DNA of 64,000 nt from Geosiphon pyriformis uo1 (lineage: Eukaryota; Fungi; Glomeromycota): positions 2,129,037 through 2,193,036 of the forward strand of contig JAAOMT010000436.1 of assembly GCA_016748015.1 (NCBI GenBank). Direction: 5' to 3'. Positions within the stretch are counted from its first letter, which is position 1, and every line of letters starts with the position of its first letter. Below the pieces are notes generated by a model. It had not been told where the DNA came from. It searched no databases and saw only the letters and a program-made list of their open reading frames with translations. This document shows positions 52,523-64,000 of this stretch, in pieces. The position numbers and the translations under genes are program-made.

Positions 52523-55203
52523 GTGCACCTCCAAAGGATGAGAGTGCAAGCCAACCAGAAGAAAACCCTTTTTACGCTTTTAACTTAACTGATAATGACC
52601 ATGACATGGATGAATTAGCAATCAACCCCTCTGAATCCACAAGAAAGAAGAAGAAAGCCAAAGTTGATTTTGTTCTAGACCCCAATAAAGCTTCTACATC
52701 AACTGCTGACAACAATGAGCCTCCAAAAGCCAAAGTTTTCAAGAATCCTCCAAAGTTGGAACCCCCAGAAATAGTACAAAAATCCAGTTCCTATTCTGTT
52801 GTCAAAGACCTTATAGAAACCCCAGCACATATAACCTTTGGCCAATTGATGACCCATCTACAATTCAGAAAAGATCTTCGCAAATTCCTGATTCTAAAAA
52901 AAAAGACACCCAAAACCAACAAATGCCTTTGCCAAGCTGGACTTACTGACAATAGCAATGTCACTCCTCTAATTTGTAAAGCCCAAGTGGCTGGCTATTT
53001 TATCAATTTGATCCTAGACAGTGGATCATCTGTTAGTGTTATTGCCAAACACTTTCTTGAAGCAATTGGCAGAAAAATTAATGAACCATCCACACAACCA
53101 ATAACCAATGTGCATGGTAATAAGAAGAAAGGGCTTGGCATAGCCAAAGCTATTCCTGTTCGCATCAATGACATCAGTATTGAAACTGATATGGAAGTGT
53201 CTGAAGCAAAAGAATACACCATCATTGTTGGCAATGAATGGCTCAAAAAAGCAAAGGCTTTGCTTAATTATGAACTCTGTGAACTAATCATCAAATGTGG
53301 TGAGAAACCCATTGTGGTTAAGTGTCGCCATTGGACAACTCCCCCAGTACTCAAGCAGAGTCCAGAAGAAAATGAATCAGATGAATCAGATGATGAAGAA
53401 AGTAAGGAAGAAGAAAAACAAGAAGAACAAGAAGAAACTGCTGAATTCGTCTATACCATCTTCACTAGCAATGGCAAACCACTAGATAATGTCAAGGCAG
53501 ATAAAAAAGGAATCATTGTCAATGGCAAGCTGATCTGCTGGCCTTATTATAACATGCTTAGAAGAATCTTTGACAGAAAGCCAGGCAAGAAAGCCAAATA
53601 CATTTATTGGTGACATGGTCCTTGTGCCCGGTGCTGGTGCGACAAACCATTGTACTCTTCTAGTAATGAATGCATGTCCTGTCTGATCTATTACAAAGAT
53701 TGAGAACCAATCAGCTTAATACCCTGAGAGGAAATAAAAGAAGTCCAAAAGTCCTTTAAAAACAAACCATCTGAAATCCAATCACTGGTTGTAGAACAAA
53801 GAGAATTCTCTCCAGAAGAATGAAAAGTAGATATTGAAAACCTGCTGGCTAGAAACAGCCCAGTTATCTCAAAAGAAAGTGAACCTCCTGGATGTAAACA
53901 TGTGATACAACACACCATCATCACCAGAGAAACTCACCTCATCTATTTGAAGCCCTATCAATCCAACAGGCACAATGATGAGTTTATAAAAAAGAAAATA
54001 ACCCGAATGAAAACCCTTGGATTCATACAGAAAACCAAGAGTGAATGGACATTCCCAGTTGTAGTAGTATCCAAGAAAGGAGAAACCCTATGCTTTTGTG
54101 TTGACTATTGCCAATTAAATGCCATTACTGAAAAAGACATGTACCCACTTTCCAAGATTGATGCAATGCTAGACCAATTCCATGGTGCCGCTTTCTTTTC
54201 AACCATTGACTTAACTGTTGGATTCTGGCAAGTAGAGATGGATCCAGAAAGCAGAAAAAAAACTGCTTTTATCACCAAGTATGGTACCTACGAATTCACA
54301 GTTATGCCTTTTGGTCTCACAAATGCTTTTCCCACATTTCAACGCTTAATGGACAAAGTATTTGAATCAGTAAAAGAAAACTTTGTTCTAGTCTACTTGG
54401 ACGACATAATGGTATACTCAAAAACCTGGGATGAACACCTTAAACATTTGCAAAAGGTTTTTGACCTCCTTAGAAATGCTGGTCTCAAGATCAATCCAAT
54501 CAAATCATTCTTTGGATGTCAATTCATTTAGTTCCTTGGCCATCTTATTACAAAAGATAGAATCTTCCCTGATCCAGCCAAAATTGAAAAAGTTCAAAAC
54601 ATTAGACAACCAATAAATGTTCATGAACTATGCTTTTTTCTTGGTTTGGCCTCTTATTATCACAAGTTTGTCAAGGATTTCTCTAAAATTGCTGTTCTTC
54701 TCAATCAGCTACTTAGAAAAAACATCAATTATTACTGGGGCACTCATCAACAAAAAGCATTTGAAATTCTGAAGGAAAAACTGGTTACAGAACCCATTCT
54801 CATGCAACCTAATCTGGATCAACCTTTTATCCTCCACACTGATGCATCTGGCTATGGACTTGGTGCTGTTCTTTCCCAAAAAAATGAAGATAACAGAGAA
54901 CATGTCATAGTATATGCCAGTAGAACTCTCACACCAGCAGAAAAGAACTACTCAGTTACTGAGCAGGAATGCTTAAGAGTAGTTTGGGCTACCAGCTACT
55001 GGGACAAATATCTTAAGGGTGTGAAATTTTTGGTGGTAACAGATCACCAAGCTTTGGTTTGGCTACGCAACAAAAGAAACCTGGAACATAAATGGATAAC
55101 TCACTGGATACTCCACTTGGACGAATTCGACTATGACATTCAACACTGCAAAGGAGCTAATCATCAAAACACCAATACTCTCTTCAGACTTACCATCCAG
55201 TGA
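52510..55203 (+). pseudogene. pol: Gypsy pol: aspartic protease, RT, RNase H
   Basis: LILDSGSS protease; FCVDY..LN, MPFGL, YLDD (54394); LHTDASGYGLGAVL RNase H. All in one frame, interrupted by point-mutation stops. Confidence 0.92.
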
Positions 55204-56545
55204 TGGTAAAACCCTCTCAAACCAAACCAACTTAATTATTTGTAACTTTCTCACAAACAAACATGATAATGGACTTGGACAACTACTCTGCTTTAATGAA
55301 ATTTTTGAGTAAAAGACAATACCTGCCAGACTATAATCGACAGCAAAGAGAACATTTGCACAAACAATCAAATTTTTATTTGATTTGCCAGAACCAGTTA
55401 TATAAAAGAAATAGAAAAAATCCTGACCGCCCCCAGAGAGTCATTAGATTTGAAGAAAGAGAAATTGTGATCTACAATATGTACATTAATCCATTAGCTG
55501 AACACTTTGGAAAAACAAAAACAATTCAGAAAACTTTAGCTCGCTATTATTGGCTACTTTGGAAAAAGACATTGCTGAATATATCAAAATCTGTGATATC
55601 TGCCAAAGAAGAGAAAAACCCAATTGCAAAGAAGATATCCATCCAATCTCTGTTGGTCAACCATTTGATAAAATTGGTATAGATGTTGTTGGACTTTTAA
55701 CAGTAACTCCTGATGGCAATAGATACATTATTATAGCTACCAACTATCTTACAAAGTCGGTAGAAGCAAGAGCCACCCCAGATCAAACAGCAGTCTCAAT
55801 TGCCAATTTCATTTATGAAGATATTATCTGTCGCCACAGCTGCCCCAAAGAACTTTTATCTGATAGAGAAAGAGCTTTTCTCAGTACACTGGTTGAAGAA
55901 CTTTGCAAAAAAATGGGAATACATCATAAACTCTCTTCCTCTTATCACCCCCAAACAAATGGCCTAGTAGAACGTTTCAATAGAACACTATGTGAAACCT
56001 TAGCCAAAATCAGTGAAAAAACCAACCTATGGGACAAAGTATTGCCTTCAGCCTTGTTTGCTTACAGAACTGTGAATCATGACATAACAAGTTATAAACC
56101 CTTTTATCTGCTCTATGGACGAATGGCAACTCTACCAATAGAAACAATACCTTTTGAAGAAATAACAATAGGAGATTACAAGGACATTTTGCAAAGAAGA
56201 CTTGGTACCATTCTTGACTCATTAGTAGAAGCACGGATAATTGCCTTTGAAAAAATAAAACAGATTCAAGAGAAGCTCAAAAAGAAAAAGATCTATAAAA
56301 CACTTTTCTTAAGTGTTGGTGACTTAGTTTTAGAATACCGTTTAGACAAAGACAATGTCTATGGTGATAAATTCTCTAGCTGGTGGAAAGAACCCTTTAT
56401 AGTCAACAAAGTTTTGAACAATGGTTCTTATATCTTACAAGATTAATATAGAACAATATTCAGTGATTGCCCTGTTCATGGCACGCAACTCAAGAAATAT
56501 CACAAATGACCTAATTGGTTACCTGTTGTGGTAATACCGATCCAA
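55203..56545 (+). pseudogene. Gypsy integrase (frameshift near 55555)
   Basis: HF G..KT...CDIC zinc-binding region; IGIDVVG / LSD / NGLVERFN DDE core; WKEPF GPY/F-like module. Confidence 0.9.
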
Positions 56546-56610
56546 ATAATCAGCAAAAATTAGATATAAATAAATGCACCATTCCCAAAACAGAGGTATC
56601 TTCAATCGAC

Positions 56611-57267
56611 ATGAACAATTATTTCCTGGATCAAAACATTTAAAACGCTTTCTATACTCTCCATAAGTACTGGATCAAGAACTATCCAAATGTTACTCTG
56701 ACTATTGAAAAACAAACCACTATAACAGACAACAGTAGAACTCATACTGTTATTAGACCAAAGAAAACAACTACCAGAAGAGAAAGAATTGGTGGCAAAA
56801 TGGATAAATACCTGCTGGAAAGCATAACAGCAGTGATACTTTCACCTTCCAGCACAATTGGAAAAACAATACAAGAAATCTTGCCCATAGACAAAAACTT
56901 GTCATATGGAAAACAACTAAAACTCTATGGTCATTTTGGTGAAATCATAGAAAACATAAAGCTCATGAAAAAAACAACTTCAGAAATACAAATGGAAATT
57001 TTGGGCATTATACAATTGGATGTCCCAAGAGTTTTGACCATTGCAAGAAGAGCCAGAACTCTTATACAAAGATTTGGTCTCTTGGATACAAAGCTTATTT
57101 CGCCTCAAATACTATATACTCTATCCACAAAAGACTTCAACAAACTAGTTAGTTTTGAGTTAGACAAAACCCTTTACATAGACTATTCCATAAATAGTTT
57201 GATTTCGCCAGAGCTTAATCTCTTTGGAGAGGATGATGTTATAATTGAAACACATAGTTTTTATTAA
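56611..57267 (+). pseudogene. Extra 3' ORF of the Gypsy element, unknown function (~218 aa, one TAA at 56641)
   Basis: ATG 56611 is in the same frame as ORF 56800-57267. It is open except for one TAA (plausibly from CAA), and runs across the PPT into the 3' LTR. Confidence 0.6.
57226..57236 (+). promoter_or_regulatory. Polypurine tract
   Basis: ggagaggatga immediately before the 3' LTR TG. Confidence 0.7.
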
Positions 57268-57890
57268 TTATCACATGTATTAGCTACTAATATCATATAA
57301 TTAGCCACCCTATTTTTAGATAGTAATCGTTGACTTGATCAATGACCTAACCATTGACCTGGTTGTTGACCACTTTAGATAGCTATATAAGCGATGATTC
57401 CCTTAGCTGTAGAAAGACATGATCAAAGTAATGAAATAAATAATATCAATTACTTCCTCTCATAATCGCTTATTCTCCTTTCCTTACCTTCAAGTATCTA
57501 CTTGTTGGCATTCACATACCTTATCTTTTCCCCTTCTTGATTTGTATTTGTTAGAATTAGCCTGAGAAGCAATTGGCTTGCTCTTGTAATTCATTGAATA
57601 AAGAAACAATTGAAAAGTACAACAATACCTGTTATTGATTCTAAGAATTGCTGAGTTGAGGCATAGAATAATAGTAGCAGTGTTATCTTGTTAACAATCA
57701 CGGACTATTTTTCTACCTTCAGATTTAAGAAAAGATTAGTGACTGTGATTTTTATGAGACTGATCACACACATTGAATTCCTACTTATTCAATTCGCTCT
57801 CTTATTGTAATTCCTTCTTTGTTTATTTCCATTACCATACAATACTGTTCTTCCTTGCTATCTGTTAGCTTGTTACTCCAACCTGTAACA
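57237..57890 (+). repeat. 3' LTR
   Basis: tgttataattgaaacac...tgtaaca; differs from the 5' LTR mainly by transitions and a short indel. Confidence 0.93.
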
Positions 57891-58199
57891 ACAGTATAGA
57901 CTATCTTTCTACCTTCAAATTTTTCAGTTATTCTTTGAAAAAACTAACAACTAAGATATTTTATAAGACTAATCTCACACATTAAATTTATATTCATTTA
58001 ATTTACTTTTTAAAGTTGAATTTTTTTTGATTAATTTTATTATCCTACAAATTTGTTTTTTCTTGCTATCTGTTAACTTATTATTCCAAACTATAACAAT
58101 ATAAACAAATTAAATATGTGTTAACAAAATATAACTTACATAAAAAAAATTTTAATCATATTAAAAAAATGTTAATTTAATTGTTAATTAGTAATAATT

Positions 58200-58850
58200 A
58201 GTATACTATAATAAGATAGAATTTTTAAATCATAGTTTTATTTACAGTTCAAATTTGTTTGCTTGTAAAAATCTTTTGGATAAATGTTTTTTTTTGGAAA
58301 TTCTTAACTAATACAACTTTGGTCTTTCTTTAATTATTGGTTTTATGTGTTTCTAATATAAATTTATACACAATTTTGTGCAAAAAATTTGTGCTTAAGA
58401 AATAGTTAGAGGAGATTAAAATTTTTCTTAGAAATGTCAATTTTGCCATGGCTGAATTAATTAAATTTGTTCAAAGTTTGGTTGTTAGTTATAGGGAACA
58501 AATTTAAGTACTTAATTTAAAGCTTTATATTAATATAGATTATAAAAATTTGTTAAATAAGAATGGCTTTTTATTTAATATTGTTCACAGTTTTTCTGCT
58601 AAAATCTTAGATAATATTACTTGGTTATTGGAGATTAAAAAAAGTTATGCTATTAGTTTTGATTTTAGAATTAGTTACTTGTTTTTTACAAGCATAATTT
58701 AAAGAGTTTTTGTTAATATAGTTATATAGTATAGCCTTAATTAGTTAAATAACTAATTACATATAGCAAATATGTGAATTATATTTAATTAAAAACTTTA
58801 AATAATTATATTGTATTAGATAGTAATTGGATTTTACTTATAAATACAAA
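58200..58850 (+). mobile_element. Eroded 3' fragment of a LINE (C-terminal finger region + 3' UTR)
   Basis: ORF2 C-terminus-like remnants (..SYAISFDFRISYLFF..), then taactaattacatatag...ttagatagtaattgg 3' UTR. Confidence 0.6.
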
Positions 58851-59108
58851 TAATTAATATATATATATATTAAAAATATGATTTTTATTATTTATCTTAT
58901 TGTTTTTGATAATAAAATCTAAATTTAAATTGTAATAGTGCTTTTATTAATTTTTTATTTGGTGTCTTTTTAAATAATAATTTATTTACAAATAATATAT
59001 ATTTTTTATTAATATTGACTTTTTTAGAATTAAAATTAATATATATTAAAAAAAATATAAAGTTTTTTTTAATAAAATTTACAAATTTTATATTTAAATT
59101 GAAGTTTG

Positions 59109-62100
59109 TTTTTTTATTTTTTTATTACAAGTTTTACGAGTAAAGCCCAATTGCTATCTAATACATAGAACCAAACTAAGTAAAACCAACTAAATACAGC
59201 TCATATACAGACTACATGTGGCCAGCCACTCAGGCCAGACAAGACAACACTATACACTTATGGTAACAAAAGCATCACCACTCAAATCAGAGAAAAAATG
59301 ACACAATTTGCATCTACCAAACCTAACAGCAAAAAATTCTATAACACCAAGCATATGGACAATACTAGCTGATAACGTAAAAATTACACTGCTGGACAAG
59401 CCAGAAACCACACCATTATCCCCAACCAATTCAGCCTTTTCCATTTCCACTCTATGCTTGGCCCTAATAGTCCATATTCAAGTGTACTGTAACTCTACCA
59501 CAAATCTGATGTATTCCACAAGGGTTTGAGTAGCTTTCTTTTTCCTCTCAAAAACTGAAACAGCTTTGGCATACCAATCTCTCATTACAAAATCTTTGCA
59601 TATTGCCATATAAAAACTCACATTCAAAAAACATGACAAGAGCAAGAGCAAAATAGCAAATGGAGATGAATGTGAAAGACCAGATATTGACATCTATTTT
59701 TCAGCAGCTTCGACCAAAATGTCTTTGCAGAGACCAAAGTTACCAGAACAAATGAAAACATAATCAGAAAACTCCATCTCATCACACAGCAAACACAAAA
59801 CACCATGCTAACTTCTGTTATACAACTTTTTTCTAACTGCAACTGACAGCTGCTTATATACAGCCTTCATTAAATATGTGTGTAAATTAACTGACTTCCT
59901 ATTGGTGAATTCAGAAAGCATGTGTGAATTAAGATGCCAAATTGTCACAGTAGCATCCCAATCTATTTCCTTAATTATAAAATCTGGAACTATATCAAAA
60001 CCCAGATATGGCAGTTTTTTCAGCAACTAGAAACCTCTTCTGGATTTTAACTGGCAAAGAAAAAAAGGAGAAAATAGTCTCATTAGCCAGTGTTTTAGCC
60101 CTTATGTTGCCCAATACATCTGAATGTTCTTTAACCTTAACCCACTTAATTGAAATATTCTTGTCTTTAAGGAGATTGACTATTTGCAGTCTTTCGATCC
60201 AACATTGGTTATGAAAGTCAAGTGTAGACAAAAAAGCCTCAGAAATGTAGGCATCAATTACAGATTGACTATTCGAATACAAAACCACTAAGCATAAAGA
60301 TGGAACACACTCCAAAGCCAACATCACAGCTTGCAGTTCAATTAAAGTAGAAGACAAAAGTCCAGTGACCTTAACTCCAATGCCTATGTTTGCAGCCAAA
60401 AAGTATGCAGCTGCTCCACCTGCTGTCTCAACAGAACCAGCACATCTCAAGGACCTATCTGTATAAATCTCAATACAATTAGACCACATCTCCAGTAGAC
60501 TATCATGAACTTTAGAGAACTTATCAGAATCCAAAACACTCAGCACATTCTCCTTAGTAGCAGTAGCAGTCCTGACCCCCAAAGAAATAGAATTGTTCAT
60601 AAAATTAGATGTCAAAGAAAACCAGTAAGGCACAGGGCCTCTTGGGTCCAATTGCTTCCAATGCCAAAATGTTTTCCAGTTCATTACTTTTCCTTTCTTG
60701 TTAAGAATTCTGTTACCAAAAGCAACACCAAAACACTTCAATGAAAAAACGGATCTGTAATACAAAGACTGACCCAGAATACCAGACATCAGAAAATCAC
60801 TGGACTCATGAAAAGCACAAGGTAAATTGTTTGCTAAAAATAATTCATTTTCCAAAAAAATTTTCACCACTTCTGCCAAAAAATTGTTTATAGAACTAAT
60901 ATGCAACCTAATAAAAAATTGCAAAGGATTTAGAGGAGACCATCCCAGAACTTGCAAATTCAAAAACCTATGATCAAATAAACGTTCAAAAATGCCATGG
61001 CCATTAGAAAATGAAATCAGTGACACCAGCTTTTTTTCAGACTGCACTTGCTCAAAGGGCTTCAAACCATATAAAGAAAGGTAATGCAAGATCTTACTGG
61101 GAAAGTCATATGGTAAACCAGCTTTGACTTTAAGACTTTTTCTAATCATAATATTCCACTTATAACATATATCTAACATAACAAAACTGAACTGTGTACG
61201 ATAGCTAATAATGGATTGCAAAACTGCCGAAACCAAATAACAGAATTGTTTATTCATAATAGCTTTTCTTAACACTAAATTAGAAAAAAACCTAGGGGCA
61301 TTAGCTCTATACTATTTAATCTACACACAATATCTGACACCCGATTAGCTAGTAATTCTAAGGAATGTTCTAATAAAGCTAGATAATCATTGATTAAGAA
61401 TTCATTTTAAACAACTGACATGCTTTTCTTAATACTTGAAGAACCAGAAGGAGGAGAACCAGACCCAAAACCAGAGTCGAAATAAGGACTGCTAGAAGAA
61501 GAAGCAAGTGAAACCGCTTGTGCCCAAGATTTGCCACCAAAAGCAGCAGATTTAAAAATAGAAATACTTTTTTTAGTGTATAATTTTACCAGCTGGAGAT
61601 GATGGTCTTCTAAAAAAACTCTTTTAACAGATCTTGAAGGCTTAGAAATGGGCAGAGTTGGTGTATTACACTCCAGAGCAGAATGGCCAAAATGCTCACA
61701 TTTTTCACAGCAAACCAAGTCCAATCTAGTCCAAGATAATTTAACATTACCAAATATTGGCTCAGTGTGATAAACAGACTCCAAATCCTCCCCAGATTTG
61801 AAACCAACTACAGCACAGCATACCCAGTTGCCAGAATTCATTGAGCAATTAATGACACAGGTTTTCCCACCAGCCCCATCCAAAAAAGTGCCCAAATTAT
61901 GAGCAGTTGTTCCCACTAGTAAAGTAAACAGCAATGCTCTGAACCTATCTTTTAACACTCAAGTCTTATGATCACTCACAGTTATGGCCACACACACCAA
62001 ATCTTTACCAATCAAAAAAGACCATTTAGCAGCCAATTGCTTAGTCTGATCTAATTCAGCAAATTCCACCACAGTCTTTTGCCATAATCCAATAAGTTGA

Positions 62101-63003
62101 ATTTTGATTGACTTAATTTCACCAAACTCAGCCAGAGCAGTGACGATTATTTTCTTTGGTGTGTTCATGGGAATTTTTTTGATGACTACAGCCCAATCTA
62201 AACAGATTTCTTGTTTCTTAAGATTACTGTTTACATCAATCTCTTTTTCTCTGGCCAATGATGCAGCCTTAATTATGCTCTCCTCAGAAGTAAACATAGA
62301 TCTGATGATTTTCTCAAATTTTGAGAGGGTAGTGGCCCCCCCAAAACCATTGACTAAAGAAAAAATTTTTCTGATAAATTGAGTCTTTGCCATTGCTGAT
62401 TTTCTCTCCACAGCACTAAGATTGATATCAAGCACAAAAAACTTCTTGATAGATATTTCAACTTGAGTTTTGACAATTTTTGAATCAACTCATTTTTTTT
62501 TAAGAGAGATTTTAAGAGAGAAAGGAAGGGGTCTATTATTTTCATCTATGTCATAATTAATTGAGCCAAGAAGAGAGCCACAGATCAGGTTGGTAATTAC
62601 TTTTTTAGCTTTAGAGGTGTTTGTTACCAAACCAAGAAAAGAATCATTGCCAGCACCAAAAAAAATATAATCATCCCTATTATTACCAGACACACTGTTC
62701 ATATCCAAATACACATCATGACTAGGAACAGGTTTGATCAAAGAAATATCTTTTTCATCTTCAGAATGCTTGACATTACCAACAAAAACCCTTTTCTTCT
62801 GAGAGAAAAAACCTCCAACAAGACCATGAAAAACCTCTATGGACGTTTTTTTTTTAGACATAGTACTACTTAAAGCAGCAGCCAGGTTTACTACAAAAGG
62901 ATTATTTGATTAAGAAATGTTTACAAGAGATAGCAAGAAAAAATAAAAACTTCTTTTTTAAAAAATGCTTTTTGAGGTTTTTTGGAAGTAAGAGAGAAAA
63001 AAG
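59109..63003 (-). mobile_element. LINE copy 7 with both termini but a ~2.9-kb internal deletion (EN and RT core missing)
   Basis: Family 5' end at 63003; ORF1 MSKKK at 62861; junction to ORF2 RFFSNLVLRKAI at ~61293; RNase H; 3' UTR; poly(A). Candidate TSD aaaacaaac(a)ttcaa on both flanks. Confidence 0.9.
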
Positions 63004-64000
63004 TTTTTTTTTTTTTTGAATGTTTGTTTTGTTTTTAATTTTTTTTGTTTCTTATTTTTAATTTAAATATAATTATATATTTAATAATAAAAGTTTTTAT
63101 AATAATATAATATAAATTATTAATAATTATTTAATTATTTAAAATATATTAATTAATTATTTGTTTTATATAAAAAATTACAATATATATTATAAAAATT
63201 AGCATTAAAATTAGATAAAAAAATTATAATATCAAAATTAATTAATAATATTAATTAACAATAAAAAAAATAAAAGATTAGCAATTAGCTTAATTATAAC
63301 AAAATTATAATACAATTTAATTAAATATCTAAATTAAATACAAAATTATGACAAATTAAAAAAATTAATAAAAATTAATAATTATTGTATATAAGTTGAT
63401 AATAACAAACTTTATTATGTTTTAGTATTTTTGTACAAAATTTTAAATTTACAATTATGTTTTAAAAATAGTTATCAAAAAATGCAATTAATTAATTTGT
63501 TTTAATTATATTATGTAAATTTAAGATAATTTAGCTATATATACAATTTTTTATAAGTTAAAGAAAACATTTACTATAGTTTTATAGTAAACAATAAATA
63601 CTTTTTTTTTTTTTATACCTTATCTTTTTTTATGTTTTAAAGTTTTTTCATCTTTGTATATGCATATTTTATTAAAAGCAATTAGCTCATTTTTTTATCA
63701 TATTACAAGAGAAATTATTTTATTATGATATTACTTAAATTAATAAAGTTATACAAAAAATATTGTGTTCTAAATATATATTAATTAAACATTACAAATA
63801 AAATTATCTCTAATTTATGTTTACCATTTTTTTTCTTAAATTTGGCATTTAAAAACCACGACTAATTGAAAAAATTCTGGTCGGCTTTAATAATCTAATC
63901 AAACATAATTTTATGAACTAAATTAATTTCAGTCATGTGGACGATGCCGCACACCCATTATGAAAGCTGCAATATTAGATGGAAGCTTAAATTCCCAAGA

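Larger units (their letters stand above)
50251..57890 (+). mobile_element. Full-length Ty3/Gypsy LTR retrotransposon (inactivated)
   Basis: Two similar LTRs with TG..CA ends, 4-bp TSD ACAG (50247-50250 / 57891-57894), PBS, PPT, domain order gag-PR-RT-RH-IN. Confidence 0.96.
49797..58098 (+). mobile_element. Older solo LTR (49797-50250 + 57895-58098) split by the Gypsy insertion
   Basis: Starts tgttacagttgaaa and ends ctataaca; colinear with the inner LTRs when rejoined; 4-bp TSD ATAT at 49793-49796 and 58099-58102. Confidence 0.85.

Noticed and set aside
2856-62545. Many short antisense or alternate-frame ORFs overlapping LINE/Gypsy coding regions and the MYND gene
   Set aside because: Shadow ORFs with no recognisable motifs and no conservation between copies.
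113-63881. Inverted 24-bp match at both window ends read as TIRs of a giant transposon
   Set aside because: A third copy lies at 28103, similarity does not extend outward, and there is no TSD. Better treated as a dispersed motif.

Overview
Eukaryotic, very AT-rich, transposon-dominated window. The gene style and element families suggest an early-diverging fungus, plausibly Glomeromycotina/Mucoromycota; this is inference. Only one host-gene island is present (~33.4-37.2 kb, CpG-retaining). It holds two divergent genes: a 3-exon NDUFAF4-like gene (-) and an intronless MYND/MSS51-like gene (+). The rest is nested, CpG-depleted, C>T/G>A-eroded mobile DNA. This includes seven large copies of an APE-RT-RNase H LINE family plus several small fragments, two ORF1-only poly(A)-tailed elements carrying the same 3' UTR, a decayed hAT transposase, and a complete Ty3/Gypsy element inserted into a solo LTR of its own family. 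Best leads: (1) an autonomous LINE / ORF1-only partner system sharing a 3' stem-loop; (2) a mutational gradient that stops at the gene island, suggesting RIP-like or methylation-driven hypermutation; (3) a Gypsy element with a UUUAAAC -1 frameshift signal, an apparently separate integrase ORF, a Cys-rich insert and an extra 3' ORF. All calls were made by eye, without alignment or database searches.
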